A program made the translations under genes and the position numbers. Below are positions 35,311-44,906 of a DNA stretch of 64,000 nt, piece by piece. How positions within the stretch are numbered: position 1 is the stretch's first letter; each line of letters starts with the position of its first letter. Where the stretch lies: the NCBI GenBank assembly GCA_902785455.1, contig CACZYY010000008.1, positions 851 to 64,850 of the forward strand, in the 5' to 3' direction. The notes under the pieces were generated by a model. The model was not told the origin of the DNA, did no database searches, and saw only the letters and a list, made by a program, of their open reading frames with translations. The stretch comes from an uncultured Spirochaetaceae bacterium (GTDB taxonomy: Bacteria > Spirochaetota > Spirochaetia > Treponematales > Treponemataceae).

Positions 35311-37516
35311 AATTCCTCATTCCTGATTTATCCTTACCCCACGCTCTGGGGCTTTCTCCTGTGTTTTTTTTGAAAACATTTGAGAAATAATTGCTGTTCT
35401 GGAAGCCAAGACGCTCTGCAATTTCTGAGAGAGTGAGCTTTCCTTCCAGAATCAAGTCTTTTGCCAGCTCGATTTTTAATTTTTCGTGCAGTTTTTGCAC
35501 CGTGTATCCTGTGGCCGCTTTTGTCTGCCTTATCAATTTTGTTTTGTTCATTCCGAGTTCGCTGGCCATCTTTTCAAGATTTGTTTTTTCGCCGATATGC
35601 TCCAGAAGATACGATGAGATTTTTTGAACGCCGAGTTTGTTTGTTCCCAAAAGATTGGTTTCATTTCCTTGCAGCGAGAGAATTCCTTCGATATTTTTTG
35701 TGTTCAGCTGCATGGAGTGTGCTTTTGTGCGACCTTCTTTGAGATAGATTTCGTAAAGCGAGTGACACAAAAGTGAGCGGATTGAATCGTAAAGAGCCAT
35801 GTTTTTATTGCGCATGTGCATGAACGCGAATCCAAAATAACGTTCGTTGTAATACAAAATCTCAAGCACTACGGAATAGCGTTCTTTTTTGGGGAAAAAT
35901 GACTTCGGAAAATTGGCAACGTCATTTATCCGGTATGGGAGCTTAACCTGGTCGATTTCACTTGGCTCCGGTATAATCAGTTCTACGTTGCTTGTTTCCA
36001 AATCTGTTGTCATGTTGTCGCTCAAAGAAAGGATGATTCCGGGAATTCCAAGCTCTGAAAGATGCGCTTTAAGTACTCTTTTCATCTGCGCGCCTGTGGA
36101 GACCGATGCAAAATGAATTGCCGCCGTGGTGATATTGTTGAAAGTGTAAGGACTTTCGTCTCTTGCCTTGATTTCGTAATCCGATGTGACCGCCGAGAGA
36201 ACTCTGAGCTGATTTGTGATGCTTTCCATTCTCTGTCGCTGGATTTCGTTTGAGCCTGCGAGGGCTATGAGACATGAATGAAGGGCTGTGATTTTATCCT
36301 GACAGAAACTTGCTGTAAAATATGCTCCGCGAAGTTTGTTCAGAAATTTCCGGTACCAGCACAAAGTTTTGGGCGGACTAAAACTCTCGTATAAATCTTT
36401 GAAAATTGCTTCGACCAGGCTTTCTTTGCTTTCGTGGCTTTCTTTTTCAAAAATCTGATTGACCTTCTCGAACAGAAATTGTTTTGCTTCCTGTTCGGTG
36501 GAATCTTCTGGCAGAATCGGGAAGTCTGTATTCGCCGCGTCAAGAATTTCTTTTTCAAAACAGCCGCAGCTTTCGCGAACAATCAGCGATGTTGGAATTT
36601 TTATCAGCTGTTCAGAGGAACTTCCGTCCATGATTCTGTTTATCAGAAGTTCGACGGCCATGTAGCCGCGTTTGAAATATTCGAGGTTGATTGTGGTGAC
36701 TGGCGGGCTGCTTGTGATTCCCTGATACTGATTGTTGAAGCCGGTGACAGCAATATCCTCCGGGACGTTTATGCCCCTTTTCTGCAGAAATTGAATCAGA
36801 GAGGCGGCGATGATGTCGCTTGTGGTGACGATTGCTTCGATTCTCTCTGCTGGCGACTTGTCTTTTATGCACTGGACGAAAAGTTCTTCGGAAGCGTGCA
36901 TTATTTCTGCTTCTGTAAGTTCTTTTGCCATAAAGACCGGAACGTTATTTTGATTCAGTCCGAATTTTGGGAGAGCTTTTTTGAATGAAATGAGCCGGTC
37001 TTTATGAGGACGAGAACCTTCTGTGCCGAGAAATGCGATTCTCTTGAAAGAATGAATTTTTACAAGATGCTCGACAATCAGATCCATGGAACATGTGTTG
37101 TCGATTCGGAGCGCAGTGACTCCCGGAATTGAAAGATAGCCGATATCGACCATGGGGAGCGGTGATAGTGCTGAAAATTTTTGGATAATCTGTTCATCCG
37201 TGAGATAGTTTGCCAGCGACGAAGCCCATGTAATCAGACCGTCCAGAAACGGAGCCTTCATAAATTTGAATTTTTGGGAATATCGCGATAAAAAATCTGC
37301 ATCATCAAAAATCGAATATTTTACAGCCTGACTCATGTTGATGAAATTGATGTCATAGTCCTCGCAGGCTTTTACGATTCCAGAAATGTATTCTTGCCCG
37401 ATAAAGCTCCTGAAATCGGCGATGCACGTAAATCCGATTGTGAGCCTGTTCGCCCCGCCGCTGTCATGCTTTCTTTTTGAGAGAAATTGTCTTCGTCTGG
37501 TGATTTCTGGATTCAT
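35309..37516 (-). CDS. Transcriptional regulator: LacI-type sugar-binding domain fused to C-terminal AraC HTH
   Basis: IDN...M..IVEHL, VPEDIAVTGF, L.VRESCGC; C-terminal EIAERLGF.N.NYFS.VFKK.TG.SP. Start set at ATG 37516. Confidence 0.88.
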   Translation of the reverse strand: MNPEITRRRQFLSKRKHDSGGANRLTIGFTCIADFRSFIGQEYISGIVKACEDYDINFINMSQAVKYSIFDDADFLSRYSQKFKFMKAPFLDGLITWASSLANYLTDEQIIQKFSALSPLPMVDIGYLSIPGVTALRIDNTCSMDLIVEHLVKIHSFKRIAFLGTEGSRPHKDRLISFKKALPKFGLNQNNVPVFMAKELTEAEIMHASEELFVQCIKDKSPAERIEAIVTTSDIIAASLIQFLQKRGINVPEDIAVTGFNNQYQGITSSPPVTTINLEYFKRGYMAVELLINRIMDGSSSEQLIKIPTSLIVRESCGCFEKEILDAANTDFPILPEDSTEQEAKQFLFEKVNQIFEKESHESKESLVEAIFKDLYESFSPPKTLCWYRKFLNKLRGAYFTASFCQDKITALHSCLIALAGSNEIQRQRMESITNQLRVLSAVTSDYEIKARDESPYTFNNITTAAIHFASVSTGAQMKRVLKAHLSELGIPGIILSLSDNMTTDLETSNVELIIPEPSEIDQVKLPYRINDVANFPKSFFPKKERYSVVLEILYYNERYFGFAFMHMRNKNMALYDSIRSLLCHSLYEIYLKEGRTKAHSMQLNTKNIEGILSLQGNETNLLGTNKLGVQKISSYLLEHIGEKTNLEKMASELGMNKTKLIRQTKAATGYTVQKLHEKLKIELAKDLILEGKLTLSEIAERLGFQNSNYFSNVFKKNTGESPRAWGKDKSGMRN

Positions 37517-37782
37517 TTTTTTATTATAAATCCGTTTTGCAATATTTTGTATCTTTTTTGGCAATAAATTATAAAAAAATGACAAAAAGTACAGTCTTAA
37601 AGCACTCTTATTGATTATTTTGCAAAATTTACTGTAAAAAAATTTATATTTTGTATACACAAATTGATGGTTAGGAAATAAAGTAATGTAAGAAATTAGC
37701 GTTAAAATCCAAAAAATTGTATTATTTGGATAATAACGAACTGATTTAGGACAAAAACATCATAAAAAATTTGGAGGTATGT

Positions 37783-40128
37783 ATGAAGAAAAACAAGTTT
37801 CTTCTGAACGCTATTGCATCAGGTTTGTGTGCAGCCGCATTACTTTTTGGAGCCGTTTCATGTGCGGACAACGATGATGAGGATAATACACCAGCAAAAA
37901 AGACTTTTGGTGTGCTCGCTGATGGTTCTCCTGCAGGCCGAAAGGCTGTGACTGCTCCAAGTTCTGTTGGAGCAATCCAGATGTCTGTAGCAGGTGGAAG
38001 TGCAACAACATATAACACGATTAAAGAGGCATTGACAGCTGCCGCTTCTGCTTCTGGTGACTGTGTAATAACTCTTGGAATGGGTACATACAACGAGGAC
38101 GGTCTTTCATATTCTGGAAACAATAACCTCAAGATTTCAGGTCAGGGATCTGCTCAGTACGGTCTTGATGTCGTAATTTTGGGACAGGGAAGCGACACTT
38201 CAAGTGAAAAAGGTCGTTCAACTTTTGCAATTGCAGGCAGCGGAAACATCGTTCTTGAAAACCTCACAATCAAAAGCTCTCGTCAAGAAACAACGGGAAC
38301 AGCACAGGCTGAGGTTATCGGAACTGACGGAACAGGAAATCTTGCTGCATACAACTGTTCATTCTTGAGCGGTCAGGACACACTTCGTACCGTTGCAAAA
38401 GCTTGGTTCTACAAGTGCTATATCGAAGGTGACGTTGATTTTACATGGATGGAATATACAAACGGTGTTGTAGCCCTCTATGAAGACTGTGTTCTCCGTG
38501 CAATCGGAACAAGAACTGATAAAGCATATTTCACAGCACCTCGTCTTGGACTTACTTCAAAAGTTGGAAAAGGTCTGGTAATTTACAAGTGTACTTTGGA
38601 AGCGGAAAGCGGACTTAAAGAGCTTTATCTTGGTCGAAATCCGTGGGCTACTTCTAATTTAAAAGACTATTATGAGCAGGTTGCATTTATTGGTTCAACA
38701 CTTAATCTTCCTGAAGGCGTAATTTTGAATGCTGATGTTTGGGCAAGCCAGGCAAACGGTACTTCTGACCAGAAATACATCGGTTTCAAAACAGATGACT
38801 ACTTCCCTGCTGGAAAATATGGAGTTGTCCTTAATTCTTCTTTCGTAGCTAAAGAATATGCTGGCCGTGAGAACATCTTGAACCGATTGTTCGTTGTTGC
38901 TTCGTCAAAATTCCAGAAAGATACAGAGACTTACTGGGATGTTGCAACAGTTGCAAGCGACAACAAGTGGAATGTAACTGCAGATTCTTCAAAATCTTTG
39001 TTGGATGGAGAAAAAGAGGTTGTAAAGACTGTTTATGATTTCTCTACAGCTGATGCTGGTGCGTATGTTGATTCAACAGTAACTATCGATGGATTCACTA
39101 AACATTCAGGTTCTGAAAATGCAACTGGTGGAAGTGGGAAAACAATCACAATTCCAGTTACAGGAAAATGTGTAGTAACAGTAAAAGGTGATTACTCTGG
39201 GTGGGGAACAATCAAGGCTGGTTCTCAGGGAGAAGGTGTCTATAACATCAATTCTGGCTCAACATCTAAATATTTGGAATGTGGTTATGTTGTTTATGAC
39301 GCTGCTGCAACTTCTGTTGTGATTACAGCTGCTACAACATCTTACATCAATTCTATTAGTGTTGAGTATGATGATACTCTTTCATTCGTGCCAGTGACAG
39401 AAATCTCAGTTGCTGCTGCTTCAAGCACGTTTACAGTTGGTGTTGCAAACTCTATGAAAGCAACTGTAACTCCTGATACGGCTTCAAATCTTGCTGTAAA
39501 ATGGACATCTTCTGATACGACTGTCGGTACAATCGATGAATTCTCAGGAGAAGTAAAATTCCTCAAGGCTGGCGATGTGACATTTACTGCAACAGCCCGA
39601 GATGGAAGTGGTGTGTCAAAATCAATAGTTTGCTCTTCTGAAGCTGCTACTTGGACAAGTGCTGAGTGGTATAATTCTAAAGACTCTTCTTCATCAACAA
39701 AGAGTGGAAGCGGAACTAGTCTTGGCGGTGCTGCGGGAACAAACAATTCTGTATTTGATACAGGAACTGCTGGCGGAGTTACACTTGGTAGCGTAAAATC
39801 AGTTACTTTGATTGATGGTTCTGTTGCTTCAATTTCTACCGGACTCAAAATGAATTCTTCTGGAAAAATTACTTTCTCTGTTACAAAAGCAGCGACTGTA
39901 AAAGTTTTGACAGGTTATTGTTCCGACTCAAATAAAACTAACGATACATGTGGCATTACATCAAGCGATGGCGGAGTTGCTACTGCTGATAGTTCTAATT
40001 CAACAACAGCACCAACTTCTGATGCAGCATATATTTGGACATTGACACCTGGAACTTACACTGTTGGAAGAGTAGGCGCAGGATATGCTCCTTCAATTTA
40101 TTATGTAAGGGTTGATCTTAATAACTAA
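37783..40128 (+). CDS. Pectinesterase (CE8-like) lipoprotein with Ig-like (Big_2) and extra C-terminal domains
   Basis: Lipobox AVSC, QAEV, GQDTL, YIEGDVDF, YLGRNPW; Big_2 pattern ATVTP..ASN..V.WTSSD. Confidence 0.85.
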   Translation: MKKNKFLLNAIASGLCAAALLFGAVSCADNDDEDNTPAKKTFGVLADGSPAGRKAVTAPSSVGAIQMSVAGGSATTYNTIKEALTAAASASGDCVITLGMGTYNEDGLSYSGNNNLKISGQGSAQYGLDVVILGQGSDTSSEKGRSTFAIAGSGNIVLENLTIKSSRQETTGTAQAEVIGTDGTGNLAAYNCSFLSGQDTLRTVAKAWFYKCYIEGDVDFTWMEYTNGVVALYEDCVLRAIGTRTDKAYFTAPRLGLTSKVGKGLVIYKCTLEAESGLKELYLGRNPWATSNLKDYYEQVAFIGSTLNLPEGVILNADVWASQANGTSDQKYIGFKTDDYFPAGKYGVVLNSSFVAKEYAGRENILNRLFVVASSKFQKDTETYWDVATVASDNKWNVTADSSKSLLDGEKEVVKTVYDFSTADAGAYVDSTVTIDGFTKHSGSENATGGSGKTITIPVTGKCVVTVKGDYSGWGTIKAGSQGEGVYNINSGSTSKYLECGYVVYDAAATSVVITAATTSYINSISVEYDDTLSFVPVTEISVAAASSTFTVGVANSMKATVTPDTASNLAVKWTSSDTTVGTIDEFSGEVKFLKAGDVTFTATARDGSGVSKSIVCSSEAATWTSAEWYNSKDSSSSTKSGSGTSLGGAAGTNNSVFDTGTAGGVTLGSVKSVTLIDGSVASISTGLKMNSSGKITFSVTKAATVKVLTGYCSDSNKTNDTCGITSSDGGVATADSSNSTTAPTSDAAYIWTLTPGTYTVGRVGAGYAPSIYYVRVDLNN

Positions 40129-40142
40129 TTCTGGATAATTTT

Positions 40143-40215
40143 TCCCTCACCTTTGGAAAATGAGGGATTGAAAGGGGGAAGAAACCTTTTTGGAAAGGTG
40201 GCTTTCCCCTTTTTT
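40143..40215. terminator. Hairpins between convergent genes (likely bidirectional terminator)
   Basis: TCCCTCA...TGAGGGA, then AAGGGGGAA...TTCCCCTT plus T-tract. Confidence 0.55.
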
Positions 40216-40220
40216 AGTTT

Positions 40221-41729
40221 CTATTTCGATAGTTTATCAAATCCTGCGAGAAGCTCTTGGGCAACTTGCAGGATTTTTTTTGCGTCGCCAGGTCTCTCGC
40301 CCTCAACGTTGAGTGGCATTACCGGGTCGTGCAGGGATTTTCGGAGCAAAAGCCAGCCTTTTTTGTCTTCGCTCTGGAAGCTGATTCGAACTCCTTCGTA
40401 AGACTTTGGCATTATCATGCCGGCCTTTTCTGCCCGTGCCTTGAATTCCGCGAGAACTTTGTCGCCGTAAGAGCCAAAATCCTCGCAGTTGATTTTGTAA
40501 CGGATTTCATCTGCTTCAACAAGCGGGTCGAGCTTTTCAATCAGGCTTGCCAGAGCCTTTCCCTGTGCCTTTGCATTTGCTAGGGCGATAACGATTTTGA
40601 CTGCAAGAAATGCTCCGTCGTCGAGATAGAAATTGTCTTTGAGGGCACCGTGACCGCTTGTTTCCATTGCGAGCGGAGAAACAATTCCTTCTTTGTTAAG
40701 GCGTTTGCATTCGTTGATTACATTTTTGTATCCGCGCTTGAAACAGTGGTGCTTGAGGCCCAGTTCTTTTTCGAGAAAGCGGGTGAGCCGGTCTGATGTG
40801 ACAGAATCTGTAATAATAGTAGAATTTGGATATTCCGGGGCGAGAATTGCCGCAACGAGCGCGATGATTGCGTCGCGGTTGACTTCTGTTCCGTCCGGCA
40901 AAACAGCACTCATTCGGTCAACGTCGGTGTCGAAAATCAAGCCCAAATCAGCTTTGTTTTTGAGAACCGCGCTCTGAATTGCTTCCATTGCCTTTGCGTT
41001 TTCCGGGTTTGGAATATGATTCGGGAACATTCCGTCCGGCTCAAGGAACTGGCTTCCTTTTGTGTCGGCTCCGAGAATGTCAAGAATTTTTGAGACAAAG
41101 AATCCGCCCGCACCGTTTCCGGCATCAACAACGATTTTAAGGCCGGAAAGAGGTTTTTCATTTCGACTTTGCACAATGTCCGTTTTGATTCCGTTTTTGA
41201 TTGTTTTTACGAGATGATTTGCATAAAGCGAGATGAGGTCGAATTTTTGTGCTTCAGAAGTTCCTGATTTTTCTGTAAGCCCTGCTGCACCTTCGAGAAC
41301 AGCAGTGATGTCCTCGTGCTCCAGGCCTCCGTCATTGTCGAAGAATTTGAGGCCGTTTCGGTTGAAAGGAAGATGGCTTGCCGTAATCATGATTGAGCCG
41401 TCAAATTTTGTTTCGGGGAAGACGATGCTCATGAACATTGCCGGTGTTGTTGCCATGCCGCAGTCCACGACTTTGACGCCGCAAGAAGAAAGACCTGCCA
41501 TGGCCGCTTTTGCCAGAGCTTCGCCGGTGATTCGTGAGTCACGGCCGATTCCGACGGTCAAAGATTCGACAGATTTGCCGCATTTTTTTGAAAGCCATGA
41601 AGCAAAACTCTGGGCGATTATATTTGATGCGAGGGGAGTGAGATTTACGTTTTCGCCCTCGATTCCTTCACAAGCAACGCCACGAATGTCGCTGCCGTTC
41701 TGTAATTTCAATAATTCTTTTGATTGCAT
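40221..41729 (-). CDS. Phosphomannomutase/phosphoglucomutase
   Basis: NGSDIRG, ITASH, FDTDVDR, ETSGH. Confidence 0.93.
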   Translation of the reverse strand: MQSKELLKLQNGSDIRGVACEGIEGENVNLTPLASNIIAQSFASWLSKKCGKSVESLTVGIGRDSRITGEALAKAAMAGLSSCGVKVVDCGMATTPAMFMSIVFPETKFDGSIMITASHLPFNRNGLKFFDNDGGLEHEDITAVLEGAAGLTEKSGTSEAQKFDLISLYANHLVKTIKNGIKTDIVQSRNEKPLSGLKIVVDAGNGAGGFFVSKILDILGADTKGSQFLEPDGMFPNHIPNPENAKAMEAIQSAVLKNKADLGLIFDTDVDRMSAVLPDGTEVNRDAIIALVAAILAPEYPNSTIITDSVTSDRLTRFLEKELGLKHHCFKRGYKNVINECKRLNKEGIVSPLAMETSGHGALKDNFYLDDGAFLAVKIVIALANAKAQGKALASLIEKLDPLVEADEIRYKINCEDFGSYGDKVLAEFKARAEKAGMIMPKSYEGVRISFQSEDKKGWLLLRKSLHDPVMPLNVEGERPGDAKKILQVAQELLAGFDKLSK

Positions 41730-41817
41730 AATGATTTAAGAATAGCACATAATTCATGTTTATGTCACATATTTCTTATTTTGCACTTGTCATTATTTTT
41801 TCAGAATAGTATTATTA

Positions 41818-42861
41818 ATGAAAGTGAAAATATTCTTAAGGGGGATTTCCCTTTTTTTAATATCTCTTTTTATCCTTTCTTGTTCTCATGAAAAACCAAA
41901 GTACGAGCAGCTTTTGGGTACTATTTGTTCTATAAATTTGTTCGAAGACGGAACTGATGAGCTCTATGAAAAACTTTTTGACCGTCTCAGAGAAATTGAC
42001 AACGAATTTGCTCTCGACAAAAAAAATTCAGATTTATACCGCATAAATTCCAGGGCTTTTGTTGAGCCTGTTACTGTCGGTGAAGATGTTTTTTCCGTCA
42101 TGGAATTCTCTCTTCTTATTTCTAAAATTACAGATGGTGCCTTTGATGCGTCGATAGAACCTCTTGTTAAACTCTGGAATATAAATTCGATTTCTCCGCA
42201 TGTGGCGAGCCTGGAAGAGCTTGAAAAGCTTCTTCCGCTTGTCGATTACAAAAATATCGTGCTTAATCGTGATAATCGTTCAATCCATTTCTTAAGAGAA
42301 GGAATGGGGCTTGATTTTGGCGGTGTGGCAAAAGGCTTTGCGGCCGATGAAGTAATCAAAATCTGTGAGCAGCATGGTGTTCGTCGTGCGATTATTGATT
42401 TAGGTGGCAACATTTACGTCTACGGCAAAAAATCAAATTCCAAAGACTGGAATGTCGGTATCAAAAATCCAGAATATCCTGATTCTGCACCTCTTGTGCG
42501 TATTACTGTGCCACAAACTTCAATAGTTACAAGCGGAATTTACGAGCGTTATTTCGAAGCCGGCTCAAAGAGGTACCATCATATTTTTTCACCTTTTACA
42601 GGTACCCCGGTCGAAAACGATTTAGCTTCCGTAACTGTTATCAGTAAAAATTCTATGCTGGCCGATGGTTTGTCTACGGCATTTTTTGTTCTTGGAGAGC
42701 GAAAGTCTCTTGAGCTTATTCCCAAACTTTCTTCTGTTTTTAATATCAAAATTTCCGCAATCTTCATCAAAAAGAACCATGAAATAAAATTTTCCCGGCG
42801 TTTCCCTTATACGCGCAGCGTTCTTTATGATGATTGGAAGATAAAAGAATTGTACGAATAA
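41818..42861 (+). CDS. apbE: FAD:protein FMN transferase (lipoprotein)
   Basis: Lipobox ILSC, GAFD, LDFGGVAKG, DLGGN, TSGIYER, YHHI, ADGLST. Confidence 0.93.
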   Translation: MKVKIFLRGISLFLISLFILSCSHEKPKYEQLLGTICSINLFEDGTDELYEKLFDRLREIDNEFALDKKNSDLYRINSRAFVEPVTVGEDVFSVMEFSLLISKITDGAFDASIEPLVKLWNINSISPHVASLEELEKLLPLVDYKNIVLNRDNRSIHFLREGMGLDFGGVAKGFAADEVIKICEQHGVRRAIIDLGGNIYVYGKKSNSKDWNVGIKNPEYPDSAPLVRITVPQTSIVTSGIYERYFEAGSKRYHHIFSPFTGTPVENDLASVTVISKNSMLADGLSTAFFVLGERKSLELIPKLSSVFNIKISAIFIKKNHEIKFSRRFPYTRSVLYDDWKIKELYE

Positions 42862-43067
42862 ATCTCTAAAATCTTTAAAGATTTATTTTATATTTTTAAA
42901 ATATAATTTTTTTTGATTGAAAAAATGTGAAAACTCTTAAATCCGTGTTATACTAGAAGCGTAGGCTTTTATGTGTTTTTTTTCGGGGAGTAAGAGATGG
43001 TTCAACTTTTTGTGCTGAACTTAATCTAGATTATGCATGAAGGTTTTTCTACTTTCTAAGGACTGCA

Positions 43068-44804
43068 ATGAGTTACGGATTGGAAAATCTCGAATCGAGA
43101 CAACTAGAAGGAATAGTCACAATTCTCAATCAATGTACGGATTCATTTCTGTTTGTTTTTGACCTCACGAAGGACACTTATTTCATTTCACCGTTTGCAA
43201 GAAATATATTCAATTTTCCAGAAGAAAAAATGGAAAATGCCACGCACGAAATAATGAAAATCGTTTATACAGAAGATCAGTCGATGTTGCGTGCGGATTT
43301 AGACTTACTCAAAACAGGCAAAAGAACAGAGCACAACCTTGATTATCGCTGGGTTAACAGAAACGGCAAGCCAGTTTGGATTCGATGTCGTGGCCGGATT
43401 ATTCCAAATGACAGCGAGGATCATCGAATTCTAATTGGAGAAGTTTCAATCGTAACAGAAGAAGATCGAACTGATTTGCTCACCGGTCTTGCAACTGAGT
43501 CTCAGCTCCGAATCGATTACAGTTCTGTATGGACAAAAAAGCAGGCTGTTTCAGGCTTTATCCTTAAAATCGATATAGACAATCTTGGCGCAATCAATGA
43601 GCAATACGGAGTTATGACCGGTGATGTGATTGTGTCAAAGGTGGGTGATTGCTGTCGAAAGGTTTGTTCAGGTGTCGCAAAGGCATACAAACTTTCAAGC
43701 GATGAATTCGTTCTCATGAATTTAACGGGCAAATCAGCCCTTGTCGCTCAAAAAATGTACGAGAATTTACGCCGTGAGATTTCTGAGGCAGAGCATGGCC
43801 TTGGCTACGATATAATCTTTACGGTTTCAGGCGGAATGGTCGCTTTTATGAACGACACTTCTCAGCTTGACGGTCTTATCCGCAAAGTGAATTACTCTCT
43901 CAATTCTTCCAAACGTAATGGGCGCAACAATCTCGCGACATTCAATGCCGTTGATTACACGCAGCATCTCAAAACACTTGATTTCCAGGAAAAAATACGC
44001 GATTCAATTCGCAACGACTTTGCAGGTTTTGAGCTTTATTATCAGCCTGTCGTTGATGCCAGAAATCTCTATCTCGATTCTGACAAAACGGTTCTTAATG
44101 TTATTGGTTGTGAGGCTCTTATCCGCTGGACTTGTCCTGGTTACGGCATTCTTTCTCCAGATGAATTCATTCCAATTCTGGAACGTACCGGCATGATTGT
44201 TTCTGTTGGCCGGTGGATTTTGAGAACGGCCTTTATGCAGTGTGCCGAATGGAATCGTCTCCAAAAAGATTTCCATGTCAGCGTAAATCTTTCATATATT
44301 CAGGTCAAAAAAAGCGATATTTTGCGTGATGTTGAAACAGCAATGCTCGTTTCTGAAGTCAATCCCAAGAACGTCACTCTTGAACTTACCGAAAGCGGCT
44401 ACATTGACAATGGCGACGAGCTTCAGCAGCTCACTGAGGCTTTTGCGAATATGGGTGTTAACGTTGACATCGATGATTTTGGTACAGGCTATTCAAATCT
44501 ACGCTATTTGCAGTATCTCAAAGCAAGCACGCTCAAACTTGATTATACATTTGTTCAAAAAGCTACGGCCGGCAATGAAGGCGACCGCAAAATAATCAAG
44601 CACATCACGCAGATGGCCCACGAGCTTGGAATGAAGGTTTGTATGGAAGGTATCGAAGAAAAGAGCGACATTGAAAAGCTCATAGAATACTCTCCGGATA
44701 AATTCCAGGGCTTCTACTTCGGTCGTCCATGCAACAACATAGACTTCCGTGAGCATCACTTGCGCCTGGATGCCAACAGAGATATATACAAAAAAACAAA
44801 ATAA
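43068..44804 (+). CDS. PAS - degenerate GGDEF - EAL phosphodiesterase
   Basis: PAS (YRW...G..VWI..RG), SSDEF in place of GGDEF, YQP, CEAL, ELTE, DDFGTGYS, EGIE, QG.YF. Confidence 0.9.
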   Translation: MSYGLENLESRQLEGIVTILNQCTDSFLFVFDLTKDTYFISPFARNIFNFPEEKMENATHEIMKIVYTEDQSMLRADLDLLKTGKRTEHNLDYRWVNRNGKPVWIRCRGRIIPNDSEDHRILIGEVSIVTEEDRTDLLTGLATESQLRIDYSSVWTKKQAVSGFILKIDIDNLGAINEQYGVMTGDVIVSKVGDCCRKVCSGVAKAYKLSSDEFVLMNLTGKSALVAQKMYENLRREISEAEHGLGYDIIFTVSGGMVAFMNDTSQLDGLIRKVNYSLNSSKRNGRNNLATFNAVDYTQHLKTLDFQEKIRDSIRNDFAGFELYYQPVVDARNLYLDSDKTVLNVIGCEALIRWTCPGYGILSPDEFIPILERTGMIVSVGRWILRTAFMQCAEWNRLQKDFHVSVNLSYIQVKKSDILRDVETAMLVSEVNPKNVTLELTESGYIDNGDELQQLTEAFANMGVNVDIDDFGTGYSNLRYLQYLKASTLKLDYTFVQKATAGNEGDRKIIKHITQMAHELGMKVCMEGIEEKSDIEKLIEYSPDKFQGFYFGRPCNNIDFREHHLRLDANRDIYKKTK

Positions 44805-44810
44805 TAAAAG

Positions 44811-44903
44811 TTGCCACACTGATTCGACTTTCCTACGGAAAGTCATAAAGAAATAATAATATTTTTAAAGAAATTGCGTAGCAATTTCGAATCGGTGTGG
44901 CAA
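44811..44903. repeat. REPIN-like inverted doublet (repeat family 3), copy 2
   Basis: TTGCCACAC.GATTCGACTTTCCTACGGAAAGTC...GAAATTGCGTAGCAATTTCGAATC.GTGTGGCAA. Confidence 0.8.
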
Positions 44904-44906
44904 TCT

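Noticed and set aside
37517-37660. 48-aa N-terminal extension of the AraC hybrid in the ORF track
   Set aside because: It is AT-rich divergent promoter DNA. The ATG at 37516 with a -10 box 6 nt upstream is more plausible.
42862-43067. Possible c-di-GMP riboswitch upstream of the EAL gene
   Set aside because: No GEMM-type consensus or convincing paired stems seen.
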